Below are positions 33,355 to 41,583 of a DNA stretch of 64,000 nt, piece after piece. This DNA comes from Candidatus Peribacteria bacterium (GTDB lineage: Bacteria; Patescibacteriota; Gracilibacteria; Peribacterales; Peribacteraceae), in assembly GCA_009691405.1 (NCBI GenBank), contig SICN01000002.1:5189-69188 (forward strand), given 5' to 3'. The notes under the pieces are model-generated. The model had not been told where the DNA came from. It ran no database searches and worked only from the letters and a program-made list of their open reading frames with translations. Made by a program: the position numbers and the translations under genes. Numbering within the stretch: position 1 is the first letter of the stretch; each line of letters opens with the position of its first letter.

Positions 33355-33710
33355 TGCATTGCAGGATAACCGTTTTTGCTTTCCCAAGCGAGGTCGATGC
33401 GCTCGCCAGCGGAATTTCGGCAACCTCGGCTCTCGTGATCGGTTGATTGAGACGTCGAATGCTCATCGGAATCGCATTGGCAGAAGAGAACGTCTGGACA
33501 TAAAGCGCATACCAGCGCGGGTCCTGCGTATCGCCCTGTTCCATGCTGATCCGGAGAACGCGAGTGATCATCTTGGCTGCCTCGACGAAATTGACGGCGC
33601 GTGTCTTCCATGAAGGGAATGGGGAAGGGATAGAGACAAAAGAGAAGACGGGTAGGAACGGAAACTCTTACGAAGAAAGCGTCTTCTTCCGCCGCACACA
33701 AAGCAGCGCG

Positions 33711-33739
33711 TTGACACAATGATGTTTTTTGGACAAAAT
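33711..33739 (+). promoter_or_regulatory. Sigma-70-type promoter TTGACA-17 nt-CAAAAT, 8 nt upstream of ATG 33748 (leaderless-type)
   Basis: Reads TTGACAcaatgatgttttttggaCAAAATccttcactATG. Confidence 0.5.
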
Positions 33740-33747
33740 CCTTCACT

Positions 33748-34878
33748 ATGTCAATAATCGATGAACCGGCGGCGGATGAGGTTGTTGAAAATAATCGCAC
33801 GACAAATTCCGTGAAGGTTCTTGTAATGGGAGTCGATGAAGCTGCCGATGTACTCCAAAAATTCCACGCACAACGCATCCTTCCTGTCCATTGGTCTCTC
33901 GTCGCGGGAGACATTGAAGGTTCGCACTATCTCACGATCAACTACCCGCAACATCCAACCTCGGCGATCAATGCAAAAAGTGCGAGCCCCGAGAATTTCC
34001 TTGCACAGTCACCATCCGTTCTACGGGTTTCCCATGTCGAAACCTCTGTGCGAAATCACATACGACTCGTGACGGATATGCGGCATCCTAATGCTGCTTT
34101 TTTACGAGAATCAATTGAGGCTCTCGGAGGAGATCTCAAAAAAGAAAGAATTCTGCGTCTCACAACCGATGCGGAAACTACAGAGCAAGTCCTTTCCTAT
34201 GTACGAGGCACTCCCGGTATTGTCGATCGTGCCAAGATAAACGCGCCGTTCACAAGTGTGGCGATCGACGTACCGCAAGAAAACAGGAAAGATGTGAACG
34301 GCAGCCCGGAGTTTGCGCCGGCAGCGACTCGTTCGGTCAAGAAAATCTTCTGCTGGCCGGAAATGGAGCGCGATGCCGAGATCATCAGGCGGCTCAAACG
34401 ACACGGTTTGGATATCACTTCCATCGGCAGCCGCGTCTTTGATTCGCCGGAGGACGAAATGCAGGAATTGACGATCATGATGCATGGAGGCACTGCTGCT
34501 TCTCTGCAAAAGGCGCGAGCGGATATCATGACGCTCGGTGTTCGACATATCGATAACGTTCCGGAGGAGGATGCAGCGCAGTACTTTCAGATAGCGTTCC
34601 CTTTCGATACGAGAGGAGAAATGACATCTGATCTAAAAATCATTTCACGCGGCACTGTTTTCTCGCTCAGCGAAGCAGCGAGTGTCAGACGTGAACTGAC
34701 AGACGGTGGTATCCCTTTCCAGCAGCACCCCGTCATTGAACGCCGGAGTAACGGACAACCGCTGCGACCAGCGGAATACCATTGGGACAAGGAGGATAGT
34801 GCTGTTCTTCGGTCAGTGCAGCAACTTTTACAGCAAGGTTTGAAGGCACACGTCGAACGCAGGCATAAGGATTTGTAA
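33748..34878 (+). CDS. Orphan cytoplasmic protein (376 aa)
   Basis: Clean ORF with a consensus promoter. No TM or signal segment and no motif recognised. Confidence 0.6.
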   Translation: MSIIDEPAADEVVENNRTTNSVKVLVMGVDEAADVLQKFHAQRILPVHWSLVAGDIEGSHYLTINYPQHPTSAINAKSASPENFLAQSPSVLRVSHVETSVRNHIRLVTDMRHPNAAFLRESIEALGGDLKKERILRLTTDAETTEQVLSYVRGTPGIVDRAKINAPFTSVAIDVPQENRKDVNGSPEFAPAATRSVKKIFCWPEMERDAEIIRRLKRHGLDITSIGSRVFDSPEDEMQELTIMMHGGTAASLQKARADIMTLGVRHIDNVPEEDAAQYFQIAFPFDTRGEMTSDLKIISRGTVFSLSEAASVRRELTDGGIPFQQHPVIERRSNGQPLRPAEYHWDKEDSAVLRSVQQLLQQGLKAHVERRHKDL

Positions 34879-34918
34879 TGGGTCTGTAAATATTGCAGAG
34901 ATCGACCATGCTGACGAT

Positions 34919-36589
34919 TCACGTAAGCACGGGCACTCTCGATGAAGGCGGAGCTACGGGGGACTTTCTCGATCGTTTATCGTGATCCTGCTTCAAAAAC
35001 ACCAAGACGCCGTCCCACGCTTCTCCGTACGTGATGGCGCACTCCTGTTCGAACTGCTTGTCCTTGAGCACCGTTTGCCCAGGACGAATCCCGAAGGAAT
35101 GGATGATCGAGTGATCGGCACAGAACTGACCGACTTCGCCAAAGCCGCCTACTCCATAGGTGAATCGGCTGTTCTGATTCATGGTAATCACCGAAGCCAC
35201 GCCTGTGTCCCCGAATTCCTCGATCAATCTCGGCGCGACGGAAAAATGTGTTCCGTCATCGCTCTTTTGATGAGCTCTACTGCAAGCAAATGCTGAAGGG
35301 AGGAACGGAATGAAAAGCCTCAGTACTTTTGCATGCGGCTGTTGCTTTAGAAGATGAATGAGATGCCTCGTCAGCTCATCAAGTTGCAGTTCCCCCGAAA
35401 GTTCGGTTCCGACCAAAGCGAATTCTGCATCGGAATGATGGCTCAGCTTCGTCAGTACATCACGAAGTAAAATATATTCATCCTTCGCCATCATCGACGT
35501 GATTTCAGGCGGATTTTCCCCTTGGAGGAATCTCTCAAAAGCATCCTGCTTGCTCGGCGGAATATCAATGGCGACATGCGACACAGCCGCAGGATCGTCC
35601 ATATCTTCAAAAAAATCGGGCAAGCGCTTCAGCGCATTATCCGAGCCACATTCAAGAAGTACGATGGACGCCCCTTCGTCAAAAAGGTCTTGTAGAAGGG
35701 CTCCCGGAGCAATCCCTTGCTGCTTAATTTCCTCCGACAGTATATTCGCCTCATCCGCATCGAGCGATTCTCCCGCTCCCCCAAAACTCAAAATGGTGTT
35801 TAAAAAAAACTCACCCATTGCGAGGGAAGAAGGCTCTGCTTCAGCCCCATCGCTCTTCTGCATAATCCGGATTGCCTGATGTACCTGTAGTGCCAACCGA
35901 GGATCGGAGAATTGATCCGCATGCACGGCAAGTGAGTTCAGCTTCCCGAGCCACAGCTGGTAGTCTTCGGTGCCGAGATACTCACGAAAACGTTTTCTGA
36001 AGGCGGCACCGCGAGGTGTCGTACTCCGTTCGGCAAGCCGAGGAATCGTGCGGAAATCGTAGGTCAGTCCGGTCTTCTTCCGACCTCGCTGATACGCATG
36101 GAAAGCTGATATGACCTGCTGGAGAAGGTGTACCGCTCTGAATTCGATTTTGTGTTGTTCCTCTGTTTCCTGCCGCGATAGAAACGCATGCGAATCCTGA
36201 ATGAAACTTTTGATGCCAGGATCGAAAATTAATTGCACATCCTGTCCAATGCAATTCCCCAATGAGAAAATGGATGAAGTGATCATTCCATCCGATAGAT
36301 CCTGTGATGCAAACATCGAACGAAGAAGTGCATGAACCTCCCCCCGCGTCGCCCATTGATGTACGATGACGCACACAAGTCTCTCCTTGAGTCGCTCGTC
36401 ATCGGCTTCTTGATATGCTGTCAGAAAATCTGCGAAAAGCAGATCAAGCCTCCCTGTTGTTTGCCTCGTCATCATGAGAATCGTTTCTGCTGCAAGATAC
36501 CGCGCAGCGCTGTCTGCTTCTTTACTCTTCAAGAGCACGTGTGCGTGATACGCCAATTCTCCATCATTGCCGGAAGACTGCTTGTCCAT
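34919..36589 (-). CDS. Orphan cytoplasmic protein (556 aa)
   Basis: Clean ORF convergent with 33748-34878. An extended -10 box lies 6 nt upstream of the ATG. No motif recognised. Confidence 0.6.
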   Translation of the reverse strand: MDKQSSGNDGELAYHAHVLLKSKEADSAARYLAAETILMMTRQTTGRLDLLFADFLTAYQEADDERLKERLVCVIVHQWATRGEVHALLRSMFASQDLSDGMITSSIFSLGNCIGQDVQLIFDPGIKSFIQDSHAFLSRQETEEQHKIEFRAVHLLQQVISAFHAYQRGRKKTGLTYDFRTIPRLAERSTTPRGAAFRKRFREYLGTEDYQLWLGKLNSLAVHADQFSDPRLALQVHQAIRIMQKSDGAEAEPSSLAMGEFFLNTILSFGGAGESLDADEANILSEEIKQQGIAPGALLQDLFDEGASIVLLECGSDNALKRLPDFFEDMDDPAAVSHVAIDIPPSKQDAFERFLQGENPPEITSMMAKDEYILLRDVLTKLSHHSDAEFALVGTELSGELQLDELTRHLIHLLKQQPHAKVLRLFIPFLPSAFACSRAHQKSDDGTHFSVAPRLIEEFGDTGVASVITMNQNSRFTYGVGGFGEVGQFCADHSIIHSFGIRPGQTVLKDKQFEQECAITYGEAWDGVLVFLKQDHDKRSRKSPVAPPSSRVPVLT

Positions 36590-36595
36590 AGATAT

Positions 36596-36604
36596 ATTAT
36601 AACA
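36596..36604 (-). promoter_or_regulatory. Extended -10 promoter TGTTATAAT 6 nt upstream of ATG 36589 (leaderless-type)
   Basis: The minus strand reads aatgTTATAATatatctATG. It lies within the 14-mer shared with 24874-24887. Confidence 0.5.
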
Positions 36605-36715
36605 TTTATTAGTAATATGTAAAGCATCTTCTTTCTTAACCCTCTCTTAACCTTCACCCTATACGCTCAACTCTCATCAGAGTACATTCAGTCCGATTTT
36701 CATCCCCCATTTTTC

Positions 36716-37213
36716 ATGAAATTCTCCCGCTCCGCCTCACTCCCTCCTGTGATCATCACGGCGCTCTTCACGCTACTTCTTTCGGCATGTACTACGGAAG
36801 AAATACAGATACCATCTGACGACGAAGGTATGATGCAATCGTCTCAGCAATCGGAAGCAAGTTCATCGGCGATAATGCAATCATCGGAAGCGGCAATCGT
36901 CCCGAAGCAAAAATACGAGGACGGAACGTTCGCTGCGGCAGGCGTCTACAAATCTCCCGCAGGAATGGAGGAAATTGAGGTGTCGCTAATACTGAAGAAT
37001 GGTGTCGTTTCCGCTGCATCGTATGAAGGGAAAACAACGAATGCGAAGAGTGTGAAATTTCAAGGACTCTTCGAACAGGGCTTCACGGAAGCGGTCGTCG
37101 GGGCATCAATCGACAACTTGAATCTCACGGTCGTGAACGGCTCGTCTCTGACTCCAGCAGGATTCATGGATGCCCTCGTGAAGATCAAGATCGAGGCGGC
37201 AATGAAAGCTTGA
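36716..37213 (+). CDS. FMN-binding-domain lipoprotein (candidate ApbE substrate)
   Basis: Lipobox FTLLLSAC. The C-terminal ~100 aa match the FMN_bind pattern (YEDGTFAAAGVYKSPAGMEEIEVSLILKNGVVSAASYEG...TVVNGSSLTPAGFMDAL). GSSLT sits where the flavinylated (S/T)GA(T/S) motif normally lies. Confidence 0.65.
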   Translation: MKFSRSASLPPVIITALFTLLLSACTTEEIQIPSDDEGMMQSSQQSEASSSAIMQSSEAAIVPKQKYEDGTFAAAGVYKSPAGMEEIEVSLILKNGVVSAASYEGKTTNAKSVKFQGLFEQGFTEAVVGASIDNLNLTVVNGSSLTPAGFMDALVKIKIEAAMKA

Positions 37214-37304
37214 TTTTTTGATCAACGAGCGCAGGCAGAAAGCCTGCTCCCCTTACAATATATGAATGTAGAATGGGAGCGCCCTTTCTGGGCGCGTTGA
37301 TAGA

Positions 37305-38186
37305 TCAAAACAACTCAACCCGAAACCCAGCCGACCTCTTCACCCTCCGGTGCTTATTTATGATGCAGTATTCGAACTCAAAATCTTTCTGCATGCTTTC
37401 GGGGTCAACGAAAAACAGGCACGTCGCAAGCCCATCAGCAACGACAGCACTGTCCGCAAGTACCCATACAGCTGCGATCTCCTGCGGAGACGTGAGCGAC
37501 TGCGGATCAAGCACGTGATGAAACTTTCCCCACTTCCTCCTGTTGATACCCGAAGCGCATATCGAGCCTTGTCTCATATTCACGACACCAATCGCCTTCG
37601 TCTCATCATCAGGATCTTCCAATCCTGCGCGAATCGGCTCTCCGTTACCTTGATAGTAGATGTCCCCGCTGCCATCAACCAAGAATCGTTTTACTCTTTT
37701 TCCTCGAAGGAATGAGGAAATCGTATCGACGAAGTATCCTTTGCCGAGAGCACCGAGATCGATAAGAATCGATTCTCGGAGTTCTATATGCGTATCATCA
37801 ATAATTCTCAGTGCGTCATGAAAGTCTGGAACGGGTCTTACGTTTTGTTTCGGCTGCAATGAATACTCTGCGTCGTATCCGAGATCACCCAGTGCAAAGC
37901 CGACAAGCGGATTGACTTTGCCATTCGTACAATCGAAGAATTGCTCATACAAACCCAACATGATGACGAGATCGATGGGCACCGTGACGATGCCTCGCTT
38001 CTCCGAAAGCGACCAGATGAGCGAAGATTTGATGAATCGTGAATACGTCTCGTCAAACGCTTTCGATTGGTCGAGAATCGACTTCTTGAGATCTGCGAAA
38101 ACACCCGAATCAATCTCGTCCCAAATCGAAATCGTCCAGTGTGTTCCCATCGACTCGTAGCCGAAACTCTTCGGAGAGTGCGTCAT
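37305..38186 (-). CDS. apbE: FAD:protein FMN transferase (ApbE family)
   Basis: ESMGTHWTISIW, LGALGKGYFVD, FLVDGSGDIYYQG and ICASGINRRKWGKFHHVLDPQS are ApbE-typical blocks. Confidence 0.85.
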   Translation of the reverse strand: MTHSPKSFGYESMGTHWTISIWDEIDSGVFADLKKSILDQSKAFDETYSRFIKSSLIWSLSEKRGIVTVPIDLVIMLGLYEQFFDCTNGKVNPLVGFALGDLGYDAEYSLQPKQNVRPVPDFHDALRIIDDTHIELRESILIDLGALGKGYFVDTISSFLRGKRVKRFLVDGSGDIYYQGNGEPIRAGLEDPDDETKAIGVVNMRQGSICASGINRRKWGKFHHVLDPQSLTSPQEIAAVWVLADSAVVADGLATCLFFVDPESMQKDFEFEYCIINKHRRVKRSAGFRVELF

Positions 38187-38201
38187 GCGTTCTCCCTCAG
38201 C

Positions 38202-39296
38202 CTACAGCAGATCCAAGGCTCTCTGCATCCACGCCATCATCGGTCTGATGATTGCATCCTCGAATGCTGTGTCGGCACGCTTCAAAAGTTTCAAGAGACG
38301 ATTGACGTCCGCTTCCCGCTCCTGCTGACTCTTGAGTGCATCGAGCGCGGATGCGAGACCGAGTGCGGTGAGATCGCGGGAAACGCCGTACGCGGCGATA
38401 CGCTGAGTCTCCTCAAACGTCGCGCTCACAGCCTTCTTGGCATCAAGCAGTTCCATCTCGCGCCTCAGGAGCACCGCATCGAGCGATGCCACTTCCGTGC
38501 GCGTACCGCGAAGCGAGGTGGGTGGCGCCACCACCACCGTGAATGCAAGAACGCTCGCGACGATCACGTTGCTGAGGACAGCAAAGATTCCACCGATCAT
38601 CACCCACTGGTATTTCCGCATACGAAGCGCGTTGTATTTCTCGACGAGTGCCATACGGAGCGCCGTCTCGGCTGCAAGATCGAACCCCGGCTCGAAGACG
38701 AGCGATTGCAATTTATCTTTGAGAGTAACGATCGGCTGCCAGCGCGAGAGCAGAAGTTCTCTCGCCGCCTGAAGGTCCGATGTGACACGACTCACCACCA
38801 TGCCGGTGAGCTCTGCGATACGCTCATCCGAGAGACCGACGAGCATCGAGAGAATCAGCAAGCGCTGAGGCTCTTCGGGGAGTGTCCAGAGTGATTCGTG
38901 GAGTGTGCCGACGGATGCACGTTCCGCATCGGTGAGCCATACGAGACTCGGGAGGTAGACGGCATCGATATCGGCGTCAGCCGTACTGTGCTCATGGATC
39001 GCAAGCTCAGCACGCTTGAGGAGCGTCATCAGATTCAGAGATCCGAAATGCCAAACCGATAGAGCCCCAGAGAGAATATCGAGGTAGATCTCGGAGAGGA
39101 GGGTCCTTGCGAGAGTAGCGGATCCGGTACGGTGGTAGAGGTACGTATAGAAAATTTCCTTCGTCTCGTCGGCAAAATCCAGGTAGTCTTTCGCACCCTT
39201 CTTGAGGGTCGGAAGATCGATCGCCTTCGGCTGAGGTACGGAAGCGGGGAGCGCTCCGGGAACGATGCCGGTGACGGATGGAAGAACAGTACTCAT
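38202..39296 (-). CDS. ECF-like sigma-70 factor fused to a TM helix and a ~125-aa extracytoplasmic helical domain
   Basis: ATG 39296 overlaps the upstream stop (ATGA). Region 2-like: FADETKEIFYTYLYHRTGSATLARTLLSEIYLDIL. Region 4: LPEEPQRLLILSMLVGLSDERIAELTGMVVSRVTSDLQAARELLL. TM helix: YQWVMIGGIFAVLSNVIVASVLAFTVVVA. Confidence 0.7.
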   Translation of the reverse strand: MSTVLPSVTGIVPGALPASVPQPKAIDLPTLKKGAKDYLDFADETKEIFYTYLYHRTGSATLARTLLSEIYLDILSGALSVWHFGSLNLMTLLKRAELAIHEHSTADADIDAVYLPSLVWLTDAERASVGTLHESLWTLPEEPQRLLILSMLVGLSDERIAELTGMVVSRVTSDLQAARELLLSRWQPIVTLKDKLQSLVFEPGFDLAAETALRMALVEKYNALRMRKYQWVMIGGIFAVLSNVIVASVLAFTVVVAPPTSLRGTRTEVASLDAVLLRREMELLDAKKAVSATFEETQRIAAYGVSRDLTALGLASALDALKSQQEREADVNRLLKLLKRADTAFEDAIIRPMMAWMQRALDLL

Positions 39297-40933
39297 TGAC
39301 CGATGCCGAAATAATCTTGAAGTTTTCCGATGATCTCGAGAAAGAGATTCGCGCTGCGCGCCGCTTCCTGCGTGTCGCTCAAAAATTCCGCACTGCATGC
39401 AAGGGCATCCGACATCGAATCATCGCACACGCTCTCCGCATCGCCCTCCGTTCCAACGGCGGCAATCTGCTGTCTGAGAACGGCGAAACGAGCGGCAAAC
39501 TCTTGCTTAGTGCCCTCCGGAAGGGAAACGAGGATCCTCTGCAGACGCTCGTTCGTATCGAGGAAGCGAAGGAGCGATGCTTTCTGCGCTTCGATGTCAC
39601 CCTCCTCAAAAGCATCCTTGTAGAGAGGCGGAGCACTCTCCGCGAGGGCGTCGACATTCGATTCCAAAGGAATAAGCGATGAGTGAGCGGCGGCAGGATG
39701 CGACTCCCCGAGTTCCAGAGAGAGGTCTCCCTCGGCAATGACATTCCTGCGCTCGAGAATGGTGAGCAATCGATGCACTGCTGCAATCACTCGATCGGTC
39801 TCCTGCTTTGTCGTGTCCTGCGTTGCCGCTTGGATTTGATCGAGGAGCTCGAACAGCACCACGGGATCCAAACCATACTCGCGTTCGAAGAGGGGGAGTG
39901 CGTCCCGAAGAATTTCCATCTGTATGCGAATGATTTCAAGAGATGCCGTCAGGTCGGTCGTAGCGTGCTTCTCGGTTGCTTCTTTGATCGTCTTGAGCAT
40001 TTCGAAAACATTCACCGATCGAGCATCTTCGCCGAGAACGGAAGCGTAGTCGGTCGGAAGATCCAATTCGATATCTATGCCCTGACGACGGAGTTTTTCG
40101 ATATCGAGGAGAACGCGGCTCCGGAGTTCCCCGCGTTCGATGATCGAAATCGCCTGCTTCAATTCGTCCATGGCGACGGGGATTGTGACATCGATCAAGC
40201 GATCCTCGGTGAGCTCTTTCTCCATCACGACATCGGCGCTGATAGGTGTCGTGATGAACTGTCTGAGGAGATCCGTGTATCGCGTGCGCTCCGCCGCTCT
40301 CGCCGCGGTGAGAATCGCAAGGAGCTCCGTCGCCCAGACTCTCTCTTGCTCTGTAAGCGGTGTGCCGGATTCGATCTTGTGCATGATCTGCAGCAGTTGA
40401 TCCTGCTGACCTTCCGTCATGTACGCCTGATAGTCTTCGCTGTCAGGACTCAGGATGAATGTCACTGCCTGAGTCGCCTGCGGAGCGATCGGCAATGCCA
40501 GGAATTCATTCGTGAGTTCAGGCGTCTCATCCGGAGCCGCCTGGTGAGACTCGCTTGCAGAACTTGAAGTACTTTCACTCGACGTCGATGCTTCGCTCGA
40601 TACCGAAGAGGATGAGGAAGCCGCTTGGTTCTCGCTCTTACAGAGGGAAGAGCAACCATCGCCGCTGAGTCGATTGCCATCATCACACTGCTCTCCAATC
40701 TGCGACTCTATGACGCTGTCTCCGCAGAACTCGATACGACAGATGTCACTGCAGCCGTCACCGGCGAGTGCATTTCCATCATCACACTGTTCCTCCGCAT
40801 CGACTGTGGCGTTACCGCAGCGTTCGAGCGTGCAGACGTTACTGCAGCTGTCGCCGTTGCTCAGGTTCCCGTCATCGCACTGTTCGCCGTCATCTCTCGC
40901 AAGATCGCCGCAGACGCCATCTGCATGACTCAT
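39293..40933 (-). CDS. Secreted protein with three N-terminal cysteine-rich repeats (Myxococcus cysteine-rich repeat / DUF4215 type), a Ser-rich linker and a ~400-aa helical domain
   Basis: Three C..D....GEQCDDGN...GDGCS..C units. An in-frame signal-peptide-like segment (KKRHAQFLAFGLAVLIVTLSALFGRMSHA) lies upstream of the first ATG, so the true 5' end is probably near 41020-41026 at a non-canonical start. Confidence 0.75.
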   Translation of the reverse strand: MSHADGVCGDLARDDGEQCDDGNLSNGDSCSNVCTLERCGNATVDAEEQCDDGNALAGDGCSDICRIEFCGDSVIESQIGEQCDDGNRLSGDGCSSLCKSENQAASSSSSVSSEASTSSESTSSSASESHQAAPDETPELTNEFLALPIAPQATQAVTFILSPDSEDYQAYMTEGQQDQLLQIMHKIESGTPLTEQERVWATELLAILTAARAAERTRYTDLLRQFITTPISADVVMEKELTEDRLIDVTIPVAMDELKQAISIIERGELRSRVLLDIEKLRRQGIDIELDLPTDYASVLGEDARSVNVFEMLKTIKEATEKHATTDLTASLEIIRIQMEILRDALPLFEREYGLDPVVLFELLDQIQAATQDTTKQETDRVIAAVHRLLTILERRNVIAEGDLSLELGESHPAAAHSSLIPLESNVDALAESAPPLYKDAFEEGDIEAQKASLLRFLDTNERLQRILVSLPEGTKQEFAARFAVLRQQIAAVGTEGDAESVCDDSMSDALACSAEFLSDTQEAARSANLFLEIIGKLQDYFGIGQ

Positions 40934-41119
40934 GCGACCGAAGAGTGCACTGAGAGTGACGATGAGAACTGCAAGTCCGAATGCGAGGAACTGCGCATGC
41001 CGTTTCTTAAAATTTTGTATGAGTATTGAGAGTGTGTAAAATCATCTAATGATAGCAGAAATATGCGATTTTTGCATGTCACAGAAGATGACAGATATTA
41101 TAAATATGTTTTTATGATA

Positions 41120-41479
41120 TCAGTAGAAATCTGAGCCCAAATCCTTGATGTGCTCAACAACTTTTCCATGACAGACTGAAAGAACATCGATCCTCCCACA
41201 GCCTTCGTACCGGTGCAAGTTCACCCAGCGGGTAACAGCCTTTCGCATGTTTTTCTTCTTACGAGCATCGACGGCCGAGTGGATCGGATACGCAGCAGAA
41301 TGCGTGCCTCTGGTCTTGACTTCGACGAAGACCATCATTGAAAGAGCCCTGTCGTACGCGACAATATCGATCTCAAGCTTCCTGAAATGCACATTGCATT
41401 CGCGAATGTCATACCCGTGAGAAGAAAGGTACAGTGCGGCAATTTTCTCTCCGGCAGCGCCTGTCTCCTGTGTCGTCAT
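41120..41479 (-). CDS. yraN: YraN-family endonuclease (UPF0102)
   Basis: GAAGEKIAALYLSSHGYDIRECNVHFRKLEIDIVAYD...MVFVEVKTR matches the family pattern. Confidence 0.85.
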   Translation of the reverse strand: MTTQETGAAGEKIAALYLSSHGYDIRECNVHFRKLEIDIVAYDRALSMMVFVEVKTRGTHSAAYPIHSAVDARKKKNMRKAVTRWVNLHRYEGCGRIDVLSVCHGKVVEHIKDLGSDFY

Positions 41480-41583
41480 CGTACATAGGGAAATGAATAA
41501 AACATACTTTCTTCTTCTGTCTCCCCCTTAGTATTGCAGAAAGGTGTACGAGAGTACACCATAGGAATCTCCTCTCCATCCCC

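Noticed and set aside
33186-33914. 242-aa minus-strand ORF spanning the antiporter 5' end and the start of gene 33748.
   Set aside because: It overlaps two better-supported genes in other frames or on the other strand, and its sequence is compositionally biased (Ser/Cys/Arg-rich) with no motif.
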